From positions 1-64,000 of the IMG/VR virus record IMGVR_UViG_3300043754_000129: a stretch of DNA of 64,000 bases; one strand, 5' to 3'. Positions 55,382 to 62,765 of the stretch are shown piece by piece. The position numbers and the translations under genes are program-made. The stretch comes from a virus (lineage: Duplodnaviria > Caudoviricetes). Below the pieces are notes generated by a model, which was not told where the DNA came from, ran no database searches, and was given only the letters and a program-made list of their open reading frames with translations. How positions within the stretch are numbered: the stretch's first letter is position 1; every line of letters starts with the position of its first letter.

Positions 55382-55756
55382 TTAGTCGTTCGACAGCGTC
55401 ATGTGACGGATGGCAGTGCGCACAGCCTGATCTGCGTCAGACGTGAGGACCGCGATGCGATGCGCCGTCCAGTCCCAGTAGCCGCTGATGGTGTCTTGCA
55501 AGACCACTGCCTCGCGCCACATGGCACGCGAGATGACGGGATGTTCGCCGTCGCCTTCCGGGTTGTAGATGCTGTCCAGCGTGTCGCCCGATGCGCCGAG
55601 GTCGGCGCGCAGGAGCTGCATCTGTTCAGTCGAGAAGCGTGCCGCGTCGGGTACATCCAGATGCGGATGCGCCGACGATTCGTCGTTCAACGTCGTGATT
55701 GCTTTTTCGTTGAGAGGACGCGATTGACCCATGCCGATTGCGGTATTGCCAGTCAT
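55382..55756 (-). CDS. hypothetical protein with a GEHP...W...V....T..GYW.W domain
   Basis: Motif recalled from proteobacterial mobile-element hypotheticals. Confidence 0.65.
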   Translation of the reverse strand: MTGNTAIGMGQSRPLNEKAITTLNDESSAHPHLDVPDAARFSTEQMQLLRADLGASGDTLDSIYNPEGDGEHPVISRAMWREAVVLQDTISGYWDWTAHRIAVLTSDADQAVRTAIRHMTLSND

Positions 55757-55783
55757 GCTTGCTCCTTCGATAGGTAAGGTAAA

Positions 55784-56125
55784 TCAGAAACCGAATTCAG
55801 CGCGGGCTTGCGCCAAATCCTTCACAGCGTACTGCGGATCTTGCGAGCCGATTTCGCGCACGTTGTAGATGAGCACATCGGCCACGTTGTGATCCACCAT
55901 CGACTGACCGATGGCGACTTGATCCGGGTTGCTCTTCTTGGCTACCAGGTAAGCGAAGCCGCCGATGATCTTCTTCTTTTCCAGCACGATGACAGGCTTG
56001 GCTTCTTGCAGCTGATTGCCGTCGCCCGTGATCGTGCCACGGATCTCATCTCCGACGTTGTGGCCGTACATGTCGACTGCCACGTTCTTGATGATCGCGC
56101 CGTAGTTGATTCCGAGTTGTTCCAT
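55784..56125 (-). CDS. 113-aa protein (paralog family B), first gene after a putative early promoter
   Basis: AAACCAACAAAGGAG leader; similar to 54365..54706. Confidence 0.7.
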   Translation of the reverse strand: MEQLGINYGAIIKNVAVDMYGHNVGDEIRGTITGDGNQLQEAKPVIVLEKKKIIGGFAYLVAKKSNPDQVAIGQSMVDHNVADVLIYNVREIGSQDPQYAVKDLAQARAEFGF

Positions 56126-56170
56126 TGTCCTGCTCCTTTGTTGGTTTAGAGTATTAAGTCTGCTACTAGA

Positions 56171-56195
56171 CTCAGTAGCGTTATATAGGTCTGAG
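56171..56195 (-). promoter_or_regulatory. putative early promoter, copy 2: CTCAGACCTATATAACGCTACTGAG
   Basis: Matches the copies at 17201 and 60394; intergenic. Confidence 0.65.
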
Positions 56196-56205
56196 TTCTG
56201 TTTGA

Positions 56206-56631
56206 CTAGAACTTGGCCTGCATCATCAGTGCCGCTTGAGCAAAGAGACGCTCCACCACAATCGGGTCCGCCTCCTTGTAGCGCTGCATGTGCTCGAGAT
56301 ACAGGTTGTTGCGCTCACCCAGATTAAGCTCGGTGGAAAAGACCACCGAGTAATCCACGCCCACATCCTTGACACCGGACGTATCGGAGATGACAGCGTT
56401 GATGACAATGCTGGGAACGAGCGGTGCAAGCGAGCCGGAAGTCTGCACTTCCACGATCTTGCGAAACACCAACACGTCACTCACGACCTTCCCGTGCAGT
56501 GCCAGCACCCCCGGCATCTGACAGGGGCGCACGAGATAGCCGGCATGCGCGAGTACCCGATAACCTTCCGGGAACTGCTCGCGCAGCCGAGCATCTTCCA
56601 TGTTGATGGCAACTTTCTCGTTCTTATCCAT
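56206..56631 (-). CDS. hypothetical protein
   Basis: TGATG coupling with the upstream gene. Confidence 0.6.
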   Translation of the reverse strand: MDKNEKVAINMEDARLREQFPEGYRVLAHAGYLVRPCQMPGVLALHGKVVSDVLVFRKIVEVQTSGSLAPLVPSIVINAVISDTSGVKDVGVDYSVVFSTELNLGERNNLYLEHMQRYKEADPIVVERLFAQAALMMQAKF

Positions 56632-56936
56632 CAGGGCAGACCCCGCGTGATTTCGTCTACACGACGCAGAGCACGCTTAAGCGTCTGCGCGTCTGCATAC
56701 ACGGTGTTGTTGCCCATGACGTCGAGTGTGACATCCACATTGTCCTTGAAGACGCGGATGTCCGAGCGTACCAGGTCTTCGCAGCAACCCGCCGAGTCGT
56801 CACACGAGATGCTGATCTCGAAACCCTTGTGGGGAATCCGCAGGCAGATATTGGCCAGCGCTGTGCGCGACTTGTCGACGTCGCTCGTTTTGTGGTGGTG
56901 AAACTGGGTGCCGCCGCGCGGTACGTAAATGCTCAT
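56631..56936 (-). CDS. hypothetical protein
   Basis: AACCAAGGAG leader; ATGA coupling. Confidence 0.65.
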   Translation of the reverse strand: MSIYVPRGGTQFHHHKTSDVDKSRTALANICLRIPHKGFEISISCDDSAGCCEDLVRSDIRVFKDNVDVTLDVMGNNTVYADAQTLKRALRRVDEITRGLP

Positions 56937-57430
56937 GCCTGTTCTCCTTGGTTCTTGGGGGTTTCGCCGAGTTCGCTCAGAAGGTTCATGTAGTCCAGAT
57001 CACGCAGATCCTTCTTCACGCCTTCCGAGTTGACGGCGTAAGCGAAGTGGATGTCGCTTTGCAGCTTGGCCTTGGGGTGACGGAGCTTCTTCGGCACGCC
57101 CACGCGCAGCATCTGCAACTCCGCCTTGATGTTAAAGCGCAGCAGATCGCCGTTGAGCGAACGCGGCACATCCGAATGGGCCGACTCCGCATCATGCAAG
57201 CGAGCGCGCCGCAATGCCACCTTCATCTTGAGCGAACCACGCTTGAGGATACGCTCTTGACGCTTGAGGCTGACCATCGGGAAGATGACCTTGCTCAAGT
57301 CGTGGACGGGGATTTCCAGCGACTTGGCTTGCTCATAGACATCGGCCGACATGATCAGCCCGTCTTCTGCGGTGAGAATCTTCGCATTCGCGAGCATCTC
57401 ATCCTTGATGTTGCCGTATTCCTTGGCCAT
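56933..57430 (-). CDS. hypothetical protein
   Basis: AACCAAGGAG leader. Confidence 0.65.
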   Translation of the reverse strand: MAKEYGNIKDEMLANAKILTAEDGLIMSADVYEQAKSLEIPVHDLSKVIFPMVSLKRQERILKRGSLKMKVALRRARLHDAESAHSDVPRSLNGDLLRFNIKAELQMLRVGVPKKLRHPKAKLQSDIHFAYAVNSEGVKKDLRDLDYMNLLSELGETPKNQGEQA

Positions 57431-57455
57431 GCTTAAGACTCCTTGGTTTGATGTT

Positions 57456-58064
57456 TTAGATGCGCACTTGTTCCTGAATCAGCACGCGTTTGGCCAGCAC
57501 CTTCTCACGACGCGAGCCGTGACGCAGGATGCGCGCCAGTTGGTAATCGGTCCGGATGCGCGGCAGGACGTCTTGAAACACCTTGCCGCTCTTGTTCCAA
57601 CCACGCTCGAACGGCAGCTTGCCCTTGTCGTCCGCCCAGAGAATCTGGTACACACGCACAGGACCATAGCGTCGCTTAGCACCCATCACGTACTTGACCC
57701 GCGTGTATTGCCAAGTGACGTCACGGATGAAGATCGGCACGTTGAAAAGGTCGGTACGCAGACCCATCTTCACGCCACCATTCTTGCGCATTTCGTCGGC
57801 GAGCGTGCAGATGATCATCTGCTTGTTCTGCGCCGCCAGGTTTCCCGTCATGATGAATTCGGGCAACTGAAGCTTACCCAGGCCGATCGAGTAGGTGAAG
57901 CCGCTACCCTTCTTGCCCTTGCCCGGGAACACGTTCATGTGGGTGTGACCGTGCTTCTCGATCAATGCGTCGAGGTCCGCATGAATCCGGCGAATGCGCT
58001 CTTGCATGGGGAGTGCAAGCCAAGCTGCGCGTTCTTCTTCGTTCATTTCGTTGATGTTGTTCAT
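57456..58064 (-). CDS. DUF4262-like protein
   Basis: FTYSIGL..L.LPE.I.TG and QILW.D..G.LP motifs. Confidence 0.8.
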   Translation of the reverse strand: MNNINEMNEEERAAWLALPMQERIRRIHADLDALIEKHGHTHMNVFPGKGKKGSGFTYSIGLGKLQLPEFIMTGNLAAQNKQMIICTLADEMRKNGGVKMGLRTDLFNVPIFIRDVTWQYTRVKYVMGAKRRYGPVRVYQILWADDKGKLPFERGWNKSGKVFQDVLPRIRTDYQLARILRHGSRREKVLAKRVLIQEQVRI

Positions 58065-58091
58065 TTTACTTCTCCTTGGTTTTCAAGTAGC

Positions 58092-58130
58092 CGGCATAAG
58101 GGAAAGGCTTTTGCCTTCCCCAGTGTGCCG
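58092..58130 (-). terminator. hairpin with CGGCA...TATGCCG arms
   Basis: GGGAAAGGC/GCCTTCCC stem; arms on both sides. Confidence 0.65.
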
Positions 58131-58152
58131 AAAATTGTAGTTGGTTATGGAT

Positions 58153-58449
58153 TTATTTCGCTTTCAGATCCGGGTGGATCTTGGTGAGCTGTGTTTGCAC
58201 AGTCTCCCAGAATTTGGGGATGTCGACCATTTCGTCGGCTTTGCTGGCCAGGACGGTAGACACACTCTCAATGAGCTTACCATCCTTGATCGGCCAGTGT
58301 TCACCGAGTTTCAGCGTAACCGCCATCCGGTCAACGATCACTTTCAGATACTCCACTGCTGCGAGCAACCCACATTCGTCGTCAGGAGGGTTATCCACAA
58401 AGAACGCCAATACCCTTCGCTGATCATCCGACAAGCGTAGCGTGGTCAT
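58153..58449 (-). CDS. hypothetical protein (paralog family C, VDNPPD motif)
   Basis: GGAG RBS; similar to 54788..55303. Confidence 0.65.
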   Translation of the reverse strand: MTTLRLSDDQRRVLAFFVDNPPDDECGLLAAVEYLKVIVDRMAVTLKLGEHWPIKDGKLIESVSTVLASKADEMVDIPKFWETVQTQLTKIHPDLKAK

Positions 58450-58515
58450 GGTAGTTCTCCCCGACAAAAAATGTTAAAGGCACGCTCCTATAAAATGGCT
58501 TATCTGGGTAACTTC

Positions 58516-58782
58516 TTACCGGTTCAGGTGCCCCGTCAGCAATTTCGCTTCGGCTTCAGTCTTGACTGCACAGACGACTTCATCGTCGTGGGTCAGGACG
58601 GCGAACGCGTTCTTGCCATTGTGGACGGCGTTCTCGTACCAGTACGCACCTTTCTCGGTGCGCGGATTGTTCAGATGGTCCACGACGAGGGCGGCTTCTG
58701 CCCTCGAAGGGAAATGAAGGATGACGTTCTCCGGTCCTGAAAGAACGTCATATCGGTGGTGCCACCGCTCGTACGTGTACAA
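58516..58782 (-). CDS. small protein with an internal duplication
   Basis: TTG start after GGAG; two copies of V(L)...V.....(S/T).AEA.L...HLN. Confidence 0.6.
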   Translation of the reverse strand: MYTYERWHHRYDVLSGPENVILHFPSRAEAALVVDHLNNPRTEKGAYWYENAVHNGKNAFAVLTHDDEVVCAVKTEAEAKLLTGHLNR

Positions 58783-58793
58783 CGCAGGTTCTC

Positions 58794-59258
58794 CTATTCT
58801 TCTGTAAAGTCGCTGTAGCTGCCGACCTTATACAACCCCGTAAACATATCCTCGTCATTCGTAGACAAGAAACATGCGGCTTCGCTCTTGGTGACGGTAT
58901 CGTGATTGGCGCTGGATTTCGGATACCAATACCCGTCCGCACCCTGATACATACCATCATCGCTCTCGAATATTTTTACGTGGTGGCGAAAGGAGAACTC
59001 CACTTGAAACAGATAACCACGTACCGTATTGCCCGCGAGCTTCACCGTGCCCGGGGTAAAGACAGCGTGGATGGCTAACGGCATCGGCGGCAGGAACGAC
59101 TTCGGGGTGAAGGGGTTCTCAAACGGGTCACCTTCATACGCCGAGTTGATCACTTCGTTGATGTCTTTGCTCACCAACGAATTCAGGGATCGGGTAGAGA
59201 TCACCCAACGCAGCGCCATGCCGTTACCGTTCATCACGATAGGATCTCGCTTACTCAT
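58794..59258 (-). CDS. hypothetical protein
   Basis: AACCAAGGAG leader. Confidence 0.6.
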   Translation of the reverse strand: MSKRDPIVMNGNGMALRWVISTRSLNSLVSKDINEVINSAYEGDPFENPFTPKSFLPPMPLAIHAVFTPGTVKLAGNTVRGYLFQVEFSFRHHVKIFESDDGMYQGADGYWYPKSSANHDTVTKSEAACFLSTNDEDMFTGLYKVGSYSDFTEE

Positions 59259-59301
59259 GGTCCTTGCTCCTTGGTTCTTGGTTTGGTGTTATTGGTTCGA
59301 C

Positions 59302-59595
59302 TTACAGCTTGTACGGGGCAATCAAGGGTGAGACGAGACAGGGGTGGATGCTGAACAACTGACGAGCCAGACGTTCGAGATCCGCCACCCGTATCTTTAA
59401 CGAAGTGATCGCTTCCACGAGCAGGGTCATGTCTTTGCTCATCTGGCGCTCATCCTCTTCGCCCAACAGACAAATGCGATCGATGCATGTCTCCATGTAC
59501 TCGATCCCACGGGTACAACTCGGGATGTCCACGGGCGGACAATCCCGATACAGCCGGAGGTGTTCACGCTCCACACTACCGAACTTAAGTAGCAT
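59302..59595 (-). CDS. hypothetical protein
   Basis: AAAGGA RBS. Confidence 0.55.
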   Translation of the reverse strand: MLLKFGSVEREHLRLYRDCPPVDIPSCTRGIEYMETCIDRICLLGEEDERQMSKDMTLLVEAITSLKIRVADLERLARQLFSIHPCLVSPLIAPYKL

Positions 59596-59619
59596 CGTTA
59601 CTTCCTTTCGAGTTGGAGG

Positions 59620-60021
59620 TTATGCTGCTACCGCCTCCTCCTGGTACTGCGCGTTCAACGCACGGAGGCGATTGCTCGCTTCCTCGGCCGTGATCGTGCG
59701 GTTGGCCAAGTCACCGAGCACAGTCAGGTGATCGAGGTGCAGCGTCTCGTCACGTTCCTTGGCAACGGCCAGCGCATCCATGATTTCCTGATGGCGCGCG
59801 CCCATCGCTTCACGATTGCGTTCGAGTTCAGCCATACGCTCGACGTGTGCCGCCATCGCCTGATCCATCTCACGATAGATCTCGGTGACGCGGGCTTCGC
59901 CAGCCTTGCGGATGGCGTCCGTCTCCTGCTTCGTCTTCTTCACCAGCAGGTAACCCACACCTGCCACAGCTGCCACAACAGCGGCGATGCCCAGACCAGC
60001 GACGATCTTGTTCGATTCCAT
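59620..60021 (-). CDS. signal-anchor membrane protein with a coiled coil
   Basis: IVAGLGIAAVVAAVAGVGYLLV followed by KK; heptad-like C-terminus. Confidence 0.7.
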   Translation of the reverse strand: MESNKIVAGLGIAAVVAAVAGVGYLLVKKTKQETDAIRKAGEARVTEIYREMDQAMAAHVERMAELERNREAMGARHQEIMDALAVAKERDETLHLDHLTVLGDLANRTITAEEASNRLRALNAQYQEEAVAA

Positions 60022-60047
60022 TTTGGTTCTCCTAAAGACGATTGAAG

Positions 60048-60353
60048 TTAAACTGCTTCGGCGTGAGCGACCACGTCGTCCAGCAACTGTTGCAACGGGC
60101 TGTCACCTTCGCGGCGACCCAACTGACGCACCAGTTCACGGCGCACTGCCGGATCCGTTTCACGGGCGAGGGCGTCTTCAAGCGCGGAGATACGGTTGCG
60201 CTCGGTGACGCCGTCCCAGAAGGGATCGGACTTGCGTTTCGCGTCGGTACGCGGTTCAGTCTGTTCGCGATCGATGTCCTTGATAAAGGCATAAGCAACT
60301 ACACCGATCACTGCGAGGTAAGCAGCCGTCTTCACGATGTCTTTCAGTTCCAT
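60048..60353 (-). CDS. small signal-anchor membrane protein, first gene after a putative early promoter
   Basis: AAYLAVIGVVAYAFI helix; CAGGAG RBS. Confidence 0.7.
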   Translation of the reverse strand: MELKDIVKTAAYLAVIGVVAYAFIKDIDREQTEPRTDAKRKSDPFWDGVTERNRISALEDALARETDPAVRRELVRQLGRREGDSPLQQLLDDVVAHAEAV

Positions 60354-60393
60354 GGTAACTCTCCTGAGATAAGGTAATAAACTGGGGGTTTAT

Positions 60394-60418
60394 GTCAGGG
60401 GCGTTATATGTATCTGAA
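60394..60418 (-). promoter_or_regulatory. putative early promoter, copy 3: TTCAGATACATATAACGCCCCTGAC
   Basis: Matches the copies at 17201 and 56171; intergenic. Confidence 0.65.
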
Positions 60419-60517
60419 ATTCCATTCAATCGTCAAAAAGAACCAAAAAGAAAAGGAGATGGCATAAGTGCCAGCACCGGAGTACGTCACCCCGGTGCTG
60501 GCTTTTCAGTCGCTCAC

Positions 60518-60967
60518 TTATGCCGCGAGTCGAGTCGTGCGGAAGATCGAGGGTTGGTCAGCCCCACGAACTGGTAGTTCACCTCGGGCCAAGAACATCT
60601 GAATGTCCTTGCAGGCCTGGAAGACCTCGTTGACTTCGTAGCTGTAGCCGTCGATCTTGCTGAGGCCTTGCTCGAAGCTTTCGTGGGTCTTGAAGAGATC
60701 TACCGTTTCCTCAAAATCCGTCAGATAAACGCGGAAACGGTTTGCACCGGTTTCGCTAATCCATGCGTTCCGGCAGCCATAATGGCGACCGCTCACGTGG
60801 TTCTGGAGGCAGACCTTAATGCGAGTCACATTAGTGGTTGCTTCCTCATGGCGCGTGAGTTCCCCTACGCCTGGGAGTGGTTCCCCGTGTTTGAACATTA
60901 CGAACAGCAACTCTGCGATTGCTATGCCGATAGGAGTCGTACGGTTAAGCACTACTTGCTGGCTCAT
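60518..60967 (-). CDS. hypothetical protein
   Basis: GAAGGA RBS; AT-rich upstream region. Confidence 0.6.
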   Translation of the reverse strand: MSQQVVLNRTTPIGIAIAELLFVMFKHGEPLPGVGELTRHEEATTNVTRIKVCLQNHVSGRHYGCRNAWISETGANRFRVYLTDFEETVDLFKTHESFEQGLSKIDGYSYEVNEVFQACKDIQMFLARGELPVRGADQPSIFRTTRLAA

Positions 60968-61046
60968 TTGAATCTTCCTTCTTTGAGTTAAGTTTAAGAG
61001 TCTTAAGAGGTGTTCACCTTCTGTTCCTAATTGATTTTTTTGACAA

Positions 61047-61066
61047 CGAGTAATACTTATTACTCG
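61047..61066. promoter_or_regulatory. 20-bp palindrome CGAGTAATA-CT-TATTACTCG (possible operator or promoter element)
   Basis: Perfect 9-bp inverted repeat with a 2-nt spacer in an AT-rich intergenic region. Confidence 0.5.
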
Positions 61067-61092
61067 GACTTGGTCCTTAGCCCGTTACAGCG

Positions 61093-61113
61093 CAGGGGAC
61101 GACCAGTCCCCTG
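61093..61113 (-). terminator. hairpin downstream of the helicase
   Basis: CAGGGGAC/GTCCCCTG stem; weak U-tract. Confidence 0.45.
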
Positions 61114-61125
61114 TCCTGCTCCCTA

Positions 61126-62697
61126 CTACAACAGCGGATGGTACGGCGTCACTAACAGGTGCAGTGCAACACCGTCCAGGAGTTTTATTTTGTTCTCGTG
61201 ATAGTTCAGATGCTTTTCATTATCCGAATTCACGAGGTAGACGAACTCCGGCGTCTTACCCGAGCGCAGCTTACGAAGACGGCCCATGGCTTGCAGGTTC
61301 GCTGCTTCGCTGTCGATTGCGGTCGTCATGATCACTGCGATCAGATTCTTGATGTCATGCCCCGTACCCCCAGCCCCGATGGTGGTCACGCAGATATCGG
61401 ATTCGAAGAGGTTAGCCTTCGGGTCTCCGTCACTGGGCGCATAACGCCGGATATCCAAATCCGGATAGAGCACTTGCAGATACTTGGCAATTGCCGTACA
61501 CATGTCGATCGACGCTGCGAAAACCACAGCGCACTCTTCAGCATCCGTTTTCTTCTGGAAGTACTTGGCCTGAAGATAGATGTTAATCATCGTCAGGTAG
61601 TTCTTCAAGACTTGCGGCTGCTTCAGGATCGACTCTTCAAAGACGTTGTGCGAGTACTCGGTGCGGCCGCGCTCGGTGAACCGGATTTTGTCCGGGTAAT
61701 CGAAGCGGTAGGTGACGGCCGTGTAATTTACGTACTTGTCGTACGCCAAGCCCTTGAAGCGCCAATTCGACGGATATCCGATTTCGAACATCCGCATCAT
61801 GAACGGGTCCTTGGAGCGCAGGGTAGCACTCATGGACCAGATGTGTTGGCAGTGGGTGTACAAGTCGATCTTGAAGAAGTTGTGGAACTCGCGGTGGACT
61901 TCGTCAGTCACGCGCACGCCACAGCCGGATTGCCCCATGAACTCGTCCGGCATGAATGCATAGCCGATTTCCGAGATCCCGTAGTGAAGCTGTTCGTAAA
62001 CAGTCATCCAGCCACGGAAGATGGTGCTCGCGATAATGACAATCTTGCAATCCAGCAGACCCTCTTTACAGAGCTGCGTGAACGCCATCAAGTCCTTACC
62101 GGTACGGATGACCATGATGTCCATCCGATCAATGTCCAGCACTTCCACCAACTCATCGCACCACTTGACCACGTACTGCGGTAACACGGTAATAAAGGGA
62201 CGAACCCCCAGGCGTCCCAATGCGAACATTGAGATAATGCCCTTGCCTTTACCCGTCTGGACCCCGACGAGTTTAGTCGTCGGAGCGTCACCCTCCAGAA
62301 AGTAATTCACTGCGGAGATCTGCGCGTTCATGTCATCTTCGCGCAACTCCAAGCGCTCATCGGTCCCGAGTTTAAACTCTCGGGGAATGAGCTCCACCTC
62401 AACGGGTTCCGGAATGGGATCCTCGACCCATTGGGTGAAGTTCTCGCCAACGCGGGCGAATTCGATGTGCTTCTTGAACTCGGCGAGCACGTTCCGATGG
62501 AAGCGCATCTCGGTTCTATCCGCACACTTTGCTGCATATTCCTTCTCTACCTTCCGTTCGACACGGCCATACATCTTGCGCGGCATCCCCAGTTGCTGGA
62601 AGCGCGCCTTGAACCCAACCACCAGGTTCCGGGCCATAGCCGACGTTGGACGACAGACAAAGTGATGCGAGCGGATGTTCACAAAGAGCTCTGCCAT
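61126..62697 (-). CDS. SF2 (DEAD/UvsW-like) helicase (phiKZ gp75-like)
   Basis: QTGKGK (Walker A), TDEVH (Walker B), SAT (motif III), QAMGRLR (motif VI). Confidence 0.9.
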   Translation of the reverse strand: MAELFVNIRSHHFVCRPTSAMARNLVVGFKARFQQLGMPRKMYGRVERKVEKEYAAKCADRTEMRFHRNVLAEFKKHIEFARVGENFTQWVEDPIPEPVEVELIPREFKLGTDERLELREDDMNAQISAVNYFLEGDAPTTKLVGVQTGKGKGIISMFALGRLGVRPFITVLPQYVVKWCDELVEVLDIDRMDIMVIRTGKDLMAFTQLCKEGLLDCKIVIIASTIFRGWMTVYEQLHYGISEIGYAFMPDEFMGQSGCGVRVTDEVHREFHNFFKIDLYTHCQHIWSMSATLRSKDPFMMRMFEIGYPSNWRFKGLAYDKYVNYTAVTYRFDYPDKIRFTERGRTEYSHNVFEESILKQPQVLKNYLTMINIYLQAKYFQKKTDAEECAVVFAASIDMCTAIAKYLQVLYPDLDIRRYAPSDGDPKANLFESDICVTTIGAGGTGHDIKNLIAVIMTTAIDSEAANLQAMGRLRKLRSGKTPEFVYLVNSDNEKHLNYHENKIKLLDGVALHLLVTPYHPLL

Positions 62698-62765
62698 ACA
62701 GCACCAGTTAAAGAGTGGTGAAAGGAATGGGGAGGTGGACACACTCCCCAAACCATAAACGGCTC

